From Spirochaetia bacterium (GTDB lineage: Bacteria > Spirochaetota > Spirochaetia > DSM-2461), in the NCBI GenBank assembly GCA_963668315.1, contig OY764216.1:3680001-3744000 (forward strand): DNA of 64,000 nt. Direction: 5' to 3'. Under the pieces are notes generated by a model. That model made no database searches. It saw only the letters and a list, made by a program, of their open reading frames with translations, and was not told where the DNA came from. Positions 1-11,524 of the stretch are shown here, one piece after another. The first letter of the stretch is position 1. Each line of letters starts with the position of its first letter. The translations under genes and the position numbers were made by a program.

Positions 1-1
1 G

Positions 2-274
2 TGTGTTGATATTGGCTACTTTGAGTATTCTGAAATTCCGAATGAGCTTTTAATTGGCCAAAAGCAACGTATTGATGATGTTTTCAGCAATAAAGTTGGG
101 ATCTCGGTACTAGAGAAAAATCATCACCCCTTTAAAGATGCCAGGACAATAAGAGATTCCTATGACCTGAGAAATGACTCTTCTCTCTCACGGTTAGAAT
201 TCTACAAGAAAAACTACAAAGAGATTCAAGATGATGAAATTCAGACTGAAACAAAGCGTACCATCTTTGTATAA
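2..274 (+). CDS. Partial CDS (3' end only), possibly the C-terminus of a NUDIX-like protein
   Basis: Frame 2 is open from the window edge to TAA at 272-274 (CVDIGYFEYSEIPNELLIGQKQRIDDVF...KRTIFV*). The NUDIX resemblance is weak. Confidence 0.5.
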   Translation, partial: CVDIGYFEYSEIPNELLIGQKQRIDDVFSNKVGISVLEKNHHPFKDARTIRDSYDLRNDSSLSRLEFYKKNYKEIQDDEIQTETKRTIFV

Positions 275-299
275 GGGGTAAACTTGAAGGATTATCTCA

Positions 300-638
300 T
301 CAAAGCTCCCCTTCAATTACCTCCTGTCGGTATTTAGTAGCCCAGTTAACAATATCCTCAAAAAGAGGAGATAAATCCTTCCCTTTCTGAGTCAGGAAAT
401 ATTCATAGCGTACGGGATTTTCCTGGTATGGATTTTTACTGATGATCTTTTCTGCTTCCAGTTTTTTTAATCTATCAGCGAGAATGTTAGTTGTTATATG
501 TTCCCCTGCCCCCAGAAAATCATTATAGCGGGCAAACCCGCGCATGAGGTCTCGGACAATGATCAAGGTCCATTTATCTCCGAGAATATCTAGAGTACTG
601 GCGATGGGGCACGGTGAACGTCTTTTAATCTTTGCCAT
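300..638 (-). CDS. HxlR/HypR-family winged-helix transcriptional regulator
   Basis: 112 aa; SPCPI..TLDILGDKWTLIIVRDL, L..RLKKLE and PVRYEYFLT.KG are typical HxlR motifs; N-terminal Cys. Confidence 0.92.
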   Translation of the reverse strand: MAKIKRRSPCPIASTLDILGDKWTLIIVRDLMRGFARYNDFLGAGEHITTNILADRLKKLEAEKIISKNPYQENPVRYEYFLTQKGKDLSPLFEDIVNWATKYRQEVIEGEL

Positions 639-658
639 ACATAAAATATAACATAGTC

Positions 659-749
659 ACTTGCAAAATAAAAGCAGATATGTTAAATTGGATTCGTCAC
701 TTGCATTTCGCAAGTTAATATTTTACAGGATAACTTGCAATACACAAGT
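659..749. promoter_or_regulatory. Three 17-bp operator-like dyads (ACTTG-N7-CAAGT) between the hxlR-like and cupin genes
   Basis: ACTTGCAAAATAAAAGC 659-675, ACTTGCATTTCGCAAGT 699-715, ACTTGCAATACACAAGT 733-749. Confidence 0.7.
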
Positions 750-793
750 CTCTATATGACTTAGTACTTTCAGGTATCCAGAGAGAGGTATTT

Positions 794-1192
794 ATGAAGA
801 CGGGAAGTAATTTCGCCATTAAGAATGCAGGAAACTTTGACACTCTTACCAGGGAAGTTTTCAACGAAAGTCTTAATCTCACGGGAACAGAAATATCCAT
901 CAACAGAATTAAGGCAGGAGAAAGTTCTCCCTTTATTCATGCTCACAAACGGAATGAAGAAGTTTATGTTTTCCTGAAAGGAAAGGGTCTTGCCTATATT
1001 GATGGAGAAGAATTCTGCGTTAAGGAAGGCGATGTTATACGGATTGATCCAGATGGGAAACGAGCCTTCAAAGCCGATGATTCCACTGATCTTAACTTCA
1101 TCTGTATCCAGGCTAATCAAGCAAGTCTGATTCAGCATACGGGAAACGACGGCTATCTGATCGAAGAAAATCCTTCTTGGATACAGAAATAG
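794..1192 (+). CDS. Cupin-domain protein
   Basis: PFIHAHKRNEEVYVFLKGKG and GDVIRIDP cupin motifs; SD GAGAGG upstream. Confidence 0.9.
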   Translation: MKTGSNFAIKNAGNFDTLTREVFNESLNLTGTEISINRIKAGESSPFIHAHKRNEEVYVFLKGKGLAYIDGEEFCVKEGDVIRIDPDGKRAFKADDSTDLNFICIQANQASLIQHTGNDGYLIEENPSWIQK

Positions 1193-1239
1193 ATAGAATT
1201 ATATGTTAATGGACTGGGATCCTATACTGAGAAATAGAG

Positions 1240-1612
1240 CCTTCTATTTTGATTGCTGCCAGTGCAACGGTTTAATGATCCCATTCCTAATAGGAAAGAT
1301 TTGACGTTCTGCAGCTGTGATCCTTCCTAAAAGAATGGATTACTCCTCTTCTATGTGTTTTAATAAACCAAGCGGAACGATCCGAGAATCATTGTTCCTT
1401 GCCGTTTTCAGACTTGAAAAAGATACCCCAAGTGTGGTTAAGTTTCCTCGATTTTTGCGAACTTGTGAGAACTGTCTTAATCCCTTTGCGGGATCACAAG
1501 TAATACAATTCTTCCCCAAAGCCCATGAGATAGCAAGCCGGCCGGCGTGTTTTATGTGATTGATAAATGTATTACCGTTGTAACGCTTATAAAGACTAAA
1601 CGGGCGTCCCAT
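1240..1612 (-). pseudogene. Internally deleted, frameshifted tyrosine recombinase/integrase remnant
   Basis: Collinear fragments resemble spirochaete island integrases: MGRPFSLYKR, INHIKHAGRLAISWA..KN.I..DPAKGLRQF...RKNRG.L, LKT.RN.DSRIVPL, then ALAAIKIE in another frame. No catalytic H-x-x-R...Y seen. Lies next to the tRNA 3' end. Confidence 0.6.
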
Positions 1613-1711
1613 AATACCTTCCGATGTCAATTTGATGACAGCAGTATTAACAAAACGCCCGTTTTTCAGATATGTTCATACGATACGATGACTTAGCATC
1701 ATATACTTTTA

Positions 1712-1785
1712 TGATCGACGCGGGATTCGAACCCACCACCTCTTCCTCCGGAGGGAAGCGCTCTATCCAAATGAGCTAGTCGACC
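1712..1785 (-). tRNA. tRNA-Arg(CCG)
   Basis: Reverse complement folds as a cloverleaf: GGTCGAC acceptor, GCTC/GAGC D-arm, CTTCC-CT-CCG-GA-GGAAG anticodon arm, GTGGG-TTCGAAT-CCCGC T-arm. CCA not encoded. Confidence 0.97.
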
Positions 1786-1795
1786 AGTGGACAGA

Positions 1796-1824
1796 AATAT
1801 AACGCCTTTTAAAAAATCTGTCAA
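1796..1824 (-). promoter_or_regulatory. sigma70 promoter of tRNA-Arg
   Basis: TTGACA-N17-TATATT on the minus strand. Confidence 0.75.
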
Positions 1825-1887
1825 CCGGTCCGGCAAAATAGGAATGCACAGGCTCTCTCCTTATGATACAATAGGTCAGGAGAAAAT

Positions 1888-2490
1888 ATGAAGACGGAAG
1901 AGAAAATACTGCTTAGAAGCAGAATGCTGTTCATGGAAAAAGGGATATCCGGTACGCAGATGACCGAAATAGCCGAATCCTCCGGTATAAACAGAAGAAC
2001 CCTTTACCGCTATTTCCCTACGAAAGAACACCTTGTCTGTTCACTTCAGCTGCGTGTCTCCCGACAGATAAATGATTATTATAATCGCCTTTCATCGCAC
2101 CTCAAAGCTCCGGAAGGGGCTCCCCAGCTGATGGAATTCTTCCGTATTATTGATCTCGGAAAGTTAGGGGATCTTTTCTATCTCCAGGCTCAGTTTGACA
2201 GTCATTTTTCCGGTCCCTACCCGACGGAGGCATTGAAGGGGGAGAGGGAAGAAATCGAAAAGCCCGATGGGAAAGGACTTTTCAGGATTATCAGGGCGGG
2301 CCAGGAAAACGGAACCCTGAGAAAAGAGATGAGCCCTGCCATGCTTTATCAGTATTTAATGGAATCCTTTACAGCTCTGGCGGACCATGTCATACTTAAA
2401 AAATCTCATTTGGGAAAGGACTGGCAGGGCAATACCGATTTTCTGGGTATCTATAGAGAGGGAATTCGAAAGCAGTTTGTCATTGAATAG
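1888..2490 (+). CDS. TetR/AcrR-family transcriptional regulator
   Basis: N-terminal HTH: LFMEKGISGTQMTEIAESSGINRRTLYRYFPTKEHL; SD AGGAG. Confidence 0.92.
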   Translation: MKTEEKILLRSRMLFMEKGISGTQMTEIAESSGINRRTLYRYFPTKEHLVCSLQLRVSRQINDYYNRLSSHLKAPEGAPQLMEFFRIIDLGKLGDLFYLQAQFDSHFSGPYPTEALKGEREEIEKPDGKGLFRIIRAGQENGTLRKEMSPAMLYQYLMESFTALADHVILKKSHLGKDWQGNTDFLGIYREGIRKQFVIE

Positions 2491-2500
2491 CCGAAGAGGT

Positions 2501-3154
2501 TCATTCCGTCCTATCCAGCCACGGTTCTATCAGGGTCATCAGGATTTTATGATTATCGATATCCCCGTCCCGCCGTGATGTCATAAAGGCGTGATCCGTA
2601 TCCTTCATAACCCGACAGAGGGGAGAATCCAGAAGGGAACCGAATTTTTCCCTGTCGAAATACGAATCCCTGTCGCCGATCAGGAGAAGCGAATTCCCAT
2701 CGGCCTTACCGATGGCGTCATAGACTCTGCCTATGGATAAAACGGGAGTCAGCCAGAGATTGCGTACTTTCCGGAAGGATATGTTCTCATTGAGATACAC
2801 CTGAGCAAGGGTTCCCAATGATTTCCCCACGATGAGCAGGGAAGAAGCGGGATCATGCTTTGCCAGGATCGTACCGACCTGCCCCATATCGTCTCGAATA
2901 TAACCTTCCTGCGATTCATCCCCTTTTTCTATAAAGCTTGTGTTTTCATTATAGCGATACTCGACACTGTATATCACGTACCCCCGTTCGAGAAGAGACA
3001 TCTTGAGAAAAAAGAAACCGGGGGCTTCGGAGCAATAGGAATAACCGGGAAGAAAAACAGCCATATCCTGCCCTGCCCTGTTTTCGTCAAACCATTTATA
3101 AACGACAAATTCCGAACCATCGGAACGGGTCAATCGGGTGATCTCATTTTTCAT
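2501..3154 (-). CDS. Alpha/beta-fold hydrolase
   Basis: FLPGYSY, nucleophile elbow GKSLG, LLIGDRD and DHAF; start taken at MKNEIT (3154). Confidence 0.8.
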   Translation of the reverse strand: MKNEITRLTRSDGSEFVVYKWFDENRAGQDMAVFLPGYSYCSEAPGFFFLKMSLLERGYVIYSVEYRYNENTSFIEKGDESQEGYIRDDMGQVGTILAKHDPASSLLIVGKSLGTLAQVYLNENISFRKVRNLWLTPVLSIGRVYDAIGKADGNSLLLIGDRDSYFDREKFGSLLDSPLCRVMKDTDHAFMTSRRDGDIDNHKILMTLIEPWLDRTE

Positions 3155-3287
3155 TATCCTGCCCCCTGAATCTGAATTCACCATAAATATAACGCACAAC
3201 GTCTTCCTTTTCCTGTCAAGGTGTAACGCTAAACCATTTATGATATAGTATCTCCATCAAATCAGGATTGCCTAGGGGGAACAGATT

Positions 3288-4094
3288 ATGCATTTTCTTT
3301 CTATTTCCGAACTGACTCGGACTCAGCTTGATAGGATTTTTTCCATTGCCGACAAAATACGGGAAGGGGACGACAGGAAATACTTGAAAAACAAAACCGC
3401 CCTGCTCTTCTTTCCCGAATCCAGTATCCGCACGAGGGTCACCTTTGAAAAGGCCGTCAACGATATGGGGGGACAATCCATCCTCTTCCCACCCGAGTCC
3501 CTGGATAAGAGGGAAGATCTCCGGGATGCGGCCGCTTACCTCAGCAACTGGGCGGACCTGATCATCATACGTCACAGAGACGAAAAATTAGTCCAGTCTT
3601 TTGCTTCCACCTGCCGGACGCCTGTGATAAACGGCATGACATCACTAAACCATCCCTGCGAAATTCTCTCCGATTTCTACGGGATCAGCCGCCTGAGACC
3701 GAACGCGTCTTCCCTGAGGTATTCCTATGTGGGAGCGGAGGGCAATATTTTCCAGAGCTGGCAGAACCTTTCCGCCCTTGCGGGGTTTCAGCTGAACCAT
3801 ATCAACAGGGAAGGAGCAATAGAGGAGGTTCTCCGGGAAACGGATGTACTCCTCACCGATTCACTTCCCGAGGAGCTGAGAACCCCCGCTTACTATGAAA
3901 ATTTCGGTATAACGAAAGAGAGAATCGAGCTGATGCCCGAGAACGGTCTCTTTAACCCCTGCCCTCCCTTCTTCCGCGGGGAAGAGCTGAGTGAAGAGTC
4001 CCTGAAGAATCACCGTTTCGTGGGATATGATTTTAAAAAGAATCTATCCCACGTACAGAAAGCCCTCATGATCTACTGCCTGGATCACGCTTAA
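3288..4094 (+). CDS. Aspartate/ornithine carbamoyltransferase-family protein (atypical motifs)
   Basis: HFLSISEL, ESSIRTRVTFE, IIIRH, PVINGMT..NHPCE, DVLLTD, NPCPPFFRGEE; 268 aa. Confidence 0.85.
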   Translation: MHFLSISELTRTQLDRIFSIADKIREGDDRKYLKNKTALLFFPESSIRTRVTFEKAVNDMGGQSILFPPESLDKREDLRDAAAYLSNWADLIIIRHRDEKLVQSFASTCRTPVINGMTSLNHPCEILSDFYGISRLRPNASSLRYSYVGAEGNIFQSWQNLSALAGFQLNHINREGAIEEVLRETDVLLTDSLPEELRTPAYYENFGITKERIELMPENGLFNPCPPFFRGEELSEESLKNHRFVGYDFKKNLSHVQKALMIYCLDHA

Positions 4095-7000
4095 ACAAGG
4101 CTTCTTACATGGCTGATTTTTTCATCCAGCCTTTTGGGCGACACTTTTATGGCGGTTTTAACAGCACCGCCCCCGAAAAGAGCGACACTGTACTCCTGAA
4201 TCATCCAGAATAATTCATCCATAGCTTCTATTTTCACACCTGTGGCATGCAGGGAAAGCTCCTCTTTCATTTTCTGATACTGATCGAAATACACATGCCA
4301 CTCTTCCTCACGCTTTTTATCTGTCATCGGGTCTATCATACCCTTTTCAATTCTCTGAACCAAAGAGCGCAGATAACGAATCATATCGGCCCATTTATCC
4401 GGATGGTAGAGCATGACAAAATCTTCCGGCATAAGCGCCAGAAGATCATTCTCCCGGTCATCAAGGAACTGCTCGCGTCCTTTCTTACCCAAGGCTCTGT
4501 TTTTCTTGAGACTCTGACGGCACTGGGCATAACCATCAAGGAGCCGCAGAAGGTTTTCTCCATAGGATTCCGCCGTCTCAAAGACATGGGCCCCCTTCTC
4601 TCTTCTCAGTTCATCGAAACTTCGCTCATCACGACAGCCGTCCACAGCAAAAAGATCAAAGAAAACCCTCTCCCAAAGAGAATCCTCCAGCTTCTCTCCT
4701 CCCCCCAGATAAAGGACTTCCCGGGGGAAACGGTTCACAAGATCGAGAGACTTTCTGAAATTCTTCTCCTCCTTCAGATAGAACCTCCTGAAAAGAGCAG
4801 CCGTTCCGTCCCTGTGGACTTTCTGTGCTTCCAGTTTATCCTGAAGCAGCCTGATATCCACATCCTTACCCGCCTTCTTCAGTACGGGATAGAGAAAAAG
4901 GGTATGACCGTGACTTTTATGTTTGATCCGGAAGGGTAGATCCAGCCCCTTCCAGTCCTTCAGGGCATGCCTTTCCCATTCCATTTTCTTTTCCCTCAGC
5001 TGACCTTCGGGAAGGACAGGATCTTTCACTTTTTCAAACAGAATGGACTTGTCCCGGGAAGCCCGCACAACCTTGCCCTTATTGTCCTCAAGAGCATAGC
5101 GCATCTTCAGATATTCGGGGATTTTCTCCTCATCCCATTCGGAGGGATTGATGACCAGATTCCATGTCCGATAGATAATGGAAGACAATTGCTCGACAAG
5201 AAGCGCCTGGGAACGGGAATCGAGCTTTCGGAGAATTTCCTCCACATGGGCATTGACGGGAATCAGTTTCTTTCTCTTCTCCTTGGGAAGGCTTTTTATC
5301 AGAGAGGTAATCAATTCTCGGTTCTTGCCCGGCACCAGGGTGGGTACGGAGTTAGGGTCAATCTGGCTTAGCCTGTTCTTAGGTATTCTCAATGTGACGC
5401 CGTCTTCGGTCTCTCCGGGCAGAAACTTGTACTCCAGTTTGAATTTCTGCTCATCCTGGACGAAATAATCGGGATAATTCTCCCTGTTGTATTCATAGTC
5501 CGAAGAGCGGAGAAGATCTTCCTCCGTCAGATACAGCTCTCTGTCGCCGGTAATCTTGATCAGCCTGTTAAGCTGCCTGATATCATAGACAACCATTGGC
5601 TTATCCAGACCCTGGCTAAGCTCATGTATCTTTCTGGTATAAAAATCTTCCATGACAGAACCGCTGTCGAGGAGGTCCCTTCTTCTTAATTTATCTTCTA
5701 TCAGACTGAGTGAGTCCCACAGTTTTCTGTTGGCCTTGAGAAAATCCGGCTCCGAACCTTTGAGACTGCCGTCGCCGCAGAGACCGTCCCGAATGAACAT
5801 CTCGGCCGCTTCCTTCGGTTTGTACTGACCGTAGGGAACGGTTCTGTCATTCCTCAGGAGGAAACCGAAGATCTTCTCTTCTTCTTTGCACAGTGGCTTA
5901 CCCTGTTTATCATCCCACCAGGGAGTAATGTAGTTCCTCTTTACCAGATGACTCCCTATCTGGCTTATCCACTGGGATTGTATGTTGCCGTTGACACGCA
6001 TATAGAGACGACTGGTCCTGACCATCTCCGCCGAAACCAGCCATTCTCCTCCCCGTCCGAACAAACCGGAACCGGGGAAGATCATGGTTTCCCGGCGCCT
6101 GGTAGCCTCATAGATATTCTTATCCTTCCGGTGGGAAATATGGGAAAGAAATCCGCTTAATACCGATTTATGAACCGCGCTGTAAAGGGCTTCATCGGTC
6201 CCCTTGAAAGGCTTGAGCAAATTGTCGGGAAAGGTCTTGTCCTCTGCCAAAATGGTACGGAACTGCCGGTATAAATCCCGCCATTCCCGCATTCTTTTAA
6301 AGGACAGGTAATTTTCCTTGCAGTATTTCTTCAGGGCGCCCAGCTTCATCCTGCCCTCACCGATCTGCTGCCAGCCCTTCCAGATATTGAGAAGGGTGAT
6401 AAAATCGGATTCCTCATTTTCGAAAACAGCATGCTTCTGATCGGCCGTACCGGCCTTATCGGAGGGCCTTTCCCGGGGATCATGAATAGAAAGGGCTCCC
6501 CCCAGAACAAGAGCTTCGTCAACACAGCCCTCCCTTCCCGCCTGAAGGATCATTTTCGCCAGTCGGGGGTCCATGGGAAGAGCGGACATGCGAAAGCCCT
6601 CTTTTGTGAGAATCCGTATTTTTCCGGGGGCTCCGGGCTCTTTACCCCCATCGCGGTTATTCACTTCCCGTATGGCCCTTAACTCTTCAAGGGTTTTGAA
6701 ACCGTCGCGGATACCGGCACTCTGGGGAGGATCAACAAAGGGAAAGTTATCCACATCATAAATCTTCAGACTCAGCATCCGCAGGATAACTTCCGCCAGA
6801 TTCGTCCTGAGAACTTCCGGCGGCGTATAGAGGGAACGTCCGTTATAATCCTCCTCCGAATAGAGCCTGATGCAGATACCCTCTTCAATTCGCCCGCAGC
6901 GCCCCTTCCTTTGATCGGCGCTTGAACGGGAGATACTCTCTATGGGAAGACCGAATGTGCCCGTACTGGGCGTATAGCGGGCAATTCGGGCCACCCCCGT

Positions 7001-7897
7001 ATCAATGACATAGACGATACCCGGTATGGTGAGGGAAGTTTCCGCCACATTGGTGGACACGACGATCTTCCGGGAGGAGGATTCCTCGAAAATCCTGTGC
7101 TGTTCCCCGGTGGTCAGACGGGCATAGAGGGGAAGTATATTCAGCTGCCACCGGGAATAGCGGGCGGCGATCAGATCACAGCACTCCACGATATCCTGCT
7201 CCGTGGGCATGAAGATCAGAACATCCCCTCCCGTTGTCTCCAGGAGTATCTCCTCAAGGGCATCGGCTCCCGCCTCGGCCAGGGACTGTTCACCCCCTTC
7301 CTCGGAAGGCGGGCGGTATCTTACCTCGACCGGATAGGTGCGGCCCGACACTTCAATGATCGGAGCATTGTCGAAGGCCTGGGAAAACTTCTTCGTGTCT
7401 ATTGTTGCCGATGTTATAATGACTTTCAAATCCGGACGCTTCTTAATCAGCATGCGGAGAATCCCCAGCAGGAAGTCGATATTCAAGCTTCGTTCATGGG
7501 CTTCATCCACGATTATGCAATCGTAGTGGCTTAGCATCCGGTCATTTTGAGCTTCTGCCAGCAGCACTCCGTCGGTCATCAGCTTGACCTTGGTTCTGCT
7601 TCCCGTTTTCTCGTCGAAGCGGATTTTGTAACCCACCAGATCTCCGCAGTTCGTCCGAAGCTCTTCGGCTATTCGGTTGGCCACAGAAACAGCGGCTAAG
7701 CGCCTTGGCTGGGTACAGCCGATTATCTTCCCCTTTGCTCCCAGCCCGGCTTCCAGGCAGAATTTGGGAATCTGTGTTGTCTTACCGCTCCCCGTCTCTC
7801 CCGCCAGTACAATTACTTGATTGTTACGGATGAGATCTATAATTTCCTCTCTTTTTTCCGAAATGGGGAGATTTGACGGATAGGTTATATTCATCAC
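4091..7897 (-). CDS. hrpA: ATP-dependent RNA helicase HrpA (DEAH box)
   Basis: GETGSGKTTQ, TQPRRLAA, DEAH, SAT, STNVAETSLT, QRKGRCGR; 1268 aa. Confidence 0.96.
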   Translation of the reverse strand: MMNITYPSNLPISEKREEIIDLIRNNQVIVLAGETGSGKTTQIPKFCLEAGLGAKGKIIGCTQPRRLAAVSVANRIAEELRTNCGDLVGYKIRFDEKTGSRTKVKLMTDGVLLAEAQNDRMLSHYDCIIVDEAHERSLNIDFLLGILRMLIKKRPDLKVIITSATIDTKKFSQAFDNAPIIEVSGRTYPVEVRYRPPSEEGGEQSLAEAGADALEEILLETTGGDVLIFMPTEQDIVECCDLIAARYSRWQLNILPLYARLTTGEQHRIFEESSSRKIVVSTNVAETSLTIPGIVYVIDTGVARIARYTPSTGTFGLPIESISRSSADQRKGRCGRIEEGICIRLYSEEDYNGRSLYTPPEVLRTNLAEVILRMLSLKIYDVDNFPFVDPPQSAGIRDGFKTLEELRAIREVNNRDGGKEPGAPGKIRILTKEGFRMSALPMDPRLAKMILQAGREGCVDEALVLGGALSIHDPRERPSDKAGTADQKHAVFENEESDFITLLNIWKGWQQIGEGRMKLGALKKYCKENYLSFKRMREWRDLYRQFRTILAEDKTFPDNLLKPFKGTDEALYSAVHKSVLSGFLSHISHRKDKNIYEATRRRETMIFPGSGLFGRGGEWLVSAEMVRTSRLYMRVNGNIQSQWISQIGSHLVKRNYITPWWDDKQGKPLCKEEEKIFGFLLRNDRTVPYGQYKPKEAAEMFIRDGLCGDGSLKGSEPDFLKANRKLWDSLSLIEDKLRRRDLLDSGSVMEDFYTRKIHELSQGLDKPMVVYDIRQLNRLIKITGDRELYLTEEDLLRSSDYEYNRENYPDYFVQDEQKFKLEYKFLPGETEDGVTLRIPKNRLSQIDPNSVPTLVPGKNRELITSLIKSLPKEKRKKLIPVNAHVEEILRKLDSRSQALLVEQLSSIIYRTWNLVINPSEWDEEKIPEYLKMRYALEDNKGKVVRASRDKSILFEKVKDPVLPEGQLREKKMEWERHALKDWKGLDLPFRIKHKSHGHTLFLYPVLKKAGKDVDIRLLQDKLEAQKVHRDGTAALFRRFYLKEEKNFRKSLDLVNRFPREVLYLGGGEKLEDSLWERVFFDLFAVDGCRDERSFDELRREKGAHVFETAESYGENLLRLLDGYAQCRQSLKKNRALGKKGREQFLDDRENDLLALMPEDFVMLYHPDKWADMIRYLRSLVQRIEKGMIDPMTDKKREEEWHVYFDQYQKMKEELSLHATGVKIEAMDELFWMIQEYSVALFGGGAVKTAIKVSPKRLDEKISHVRSLV

Positions 7898-8311
7898 TTA
7901 ATTTTTATCCCTGTCACTGTCCCGGCCGGCGGTTTCCGCCTGTTCCCGGTTTTCAAACTGTTTCACCGAAATACTTTCCACCCATCCTTCAACATCATCC
8001 CTTTTTACCTGATACCAGAGCTGGGACGTGCTCCTGTCCACTTTGGAGGAAAGGATTTCGAGAACGGCCCCTTTTCTGAGGGTGGCGACAACGGAACTGT
8101 TCCTGTCCATCTCCGCAGTAACTTTCAGATAGTTCTCGATGACCACAGCCCAGCTCTGATCATTGGTGATGATGGGGGTGGGCGGCAGTACAAGGGGCAC
8201 TTCCACGGCCGCCTTCTTTTCACAGGAAACAAAAAGTGTCAGAAAGAGCGCTACGGCAATAAAGACGACTCGTCTCTTAATGTTATTTACTTTCAATATA
8301 ATCATATACAA
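7898..8311 (-). CDS. Small SH3-domain lipoprotein (start uncertain)
   Basis: Hydrophobic signal ending LFVSC (lipobox); SH3b-like ATLRKGAVLEIL...WYQV....VEGWV. Confidence 0.7.
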   Translation of the reverse strand: MYMIILKVNNIKRRVVFIAVALFLTLFVSCEKKAAVEVPLVLPPTPIITNDQSWAVVIENYLKVTAEMDRNSSVVATLRKGAVLEILSSKVDRSTSQLWYQVKRDDVEGWVESISVKQFENREQAETAGRDSDRDKN

Positions 8312-8319
8312 AAGAATCC

Positions 8320-10311
<1,992 letters not shown>

Positions 10312-10312
10312 C

Positions 10313-11524
10313 CTACATTCTTCCTTCCGGCCGTTCGGTCAGAGTGATTTCCAGTTCCACTGTTTTTTTTCCCCTAACGACCATGACCGAAGCGGTATCA
10401 CCGGGCCGGGTTTTCTCCAGGGCGCTGTAGAAATCACTGTAGCCGGTGATCTTTTCACCGTTGATCCCCACAATGATATCCCCGCCCAGGTATACGATGG
10501 TCGAAGAGTTCAGCCGTACGGCACGGGAACGGGAACCCCCTTTCAACCCGGCCTGCTCGGCGGGGGAGTTACGGGTCACCGTAGAGACAAGCAGTCCTTC
10601 GGATACGGGAAGATCGGCATAGCGGACGAGGTTCGGAAACAGCTGGATAAGGTCAATGTCAATCCAGCCCCGCTGAACCCGTCCGTACTCGATAAGGTCG
10701 GGAACGACACGGTGCGCCGTATCAACGGGTACGGAAAAGCCGATACCCACCGACCCGCCCGAAGGCGAATAGATCATGGTTGTGATGCCTATCATCTCAC
10801 CCTTAGTATTCAATAGCGGACCGCCGGAGTTTCCCGGATTGATGGCGGCATCGGTCTGAATCATGTCTCTTATGATAAGATTGTCATCATTCTTGATCGG
10901 CCTTCCCGGTGCCGAAATAATACCGGTGCTCATCGTTCTGTCCAGTCCGTAGGGATTCCCTATAGCCAGGACGCGCTGACCAACTTTCAAATCGGATGAA
11001 GAACCGAAGGGAATCACCGTCAGCTTCTTTCCCTCAGGATTGAATTTGACAATGGAAAGGTCATTTTCAAAATCCGTCCCGACCACTTCCCCTTCAAACT
11101 GGGTGCCGTCTGCCAGATTCACATAAACCTGCTGCGCCCCTTCCACGACATGGTGATTCGTCAGGACATACCCCTCTTCGTCAATAATGGATCCGGACCC
11201 GGTTGCACCTTCCTTGGGGATAGGTTCCAGAAAGAAATTGTATGACATTACGGTCGTGGTGATATTCACAACGCCCTCATTCAGTCTTTCGTAAATACTT
11301 ATATTCAGCCTTTCCTCAGCGGTATAGTCCTCTCCTCCCAGGGGATTTTCAATGAAACGGGAAAGGGTGTCATCCTCCGAGGATGCTTCCGACAGGGACG
11401 GGGCAAGACGCTTTTCCAGATTCCTATCCCCGATCCATTTGTCTGCCAGGACAAAAACCGAAACGGCCACGGCGAAAGTGACCCCCATGGCAAGTATTAC
11501 TTCTTTTTTACTGTAAAGTCTCAT
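10313..11524 (-). CDS. htrA: HtrA/DegP-family trypsin-like serine protease with PDZ domain
   Basis: GSGSII..GYVLTNHHVV, IQTDAAINPGNSGGPL, C-terminal PDZ; N-terminal TM helix; start taken at MRLYSKK. Confidence 0.92.
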   Translation of the reverse strand: MRLYSKKEVILAMGVTFAVAVSVFVLADKWIGDRNLEKRLAPSLSEASSEDDTLSRFIENPLGGEDYTAEERLNISIYERLNEGVVNITTTVMSYNFFLEPIPKEGATGSGSIIDEEGYVLTNHHVVEGAQQVYVNLADGTQFEGEVVGTDFENDLSIVKFNPEGKKLTVIPFGSSSDLKVGQRVLAIGNPYGLDRTMSTGIISAPGRPIKNDDNLIIRDMIQTDAAINPGNSGGPLLNTKGEMIGITTMIYSPSGGSVGIGFSVPVDTAHRVVPDLIEYGRVQRGWIDIDLIQLFPNLVRYADLPVSEGLLVSTVTRNSPAEQAGLKGGSRSRAVRLNSSTIVYLGGDIIVGINGEKITGYSDFYSALEKTRPGDTASVMVVRGKKTVELEITLTERPEGRM

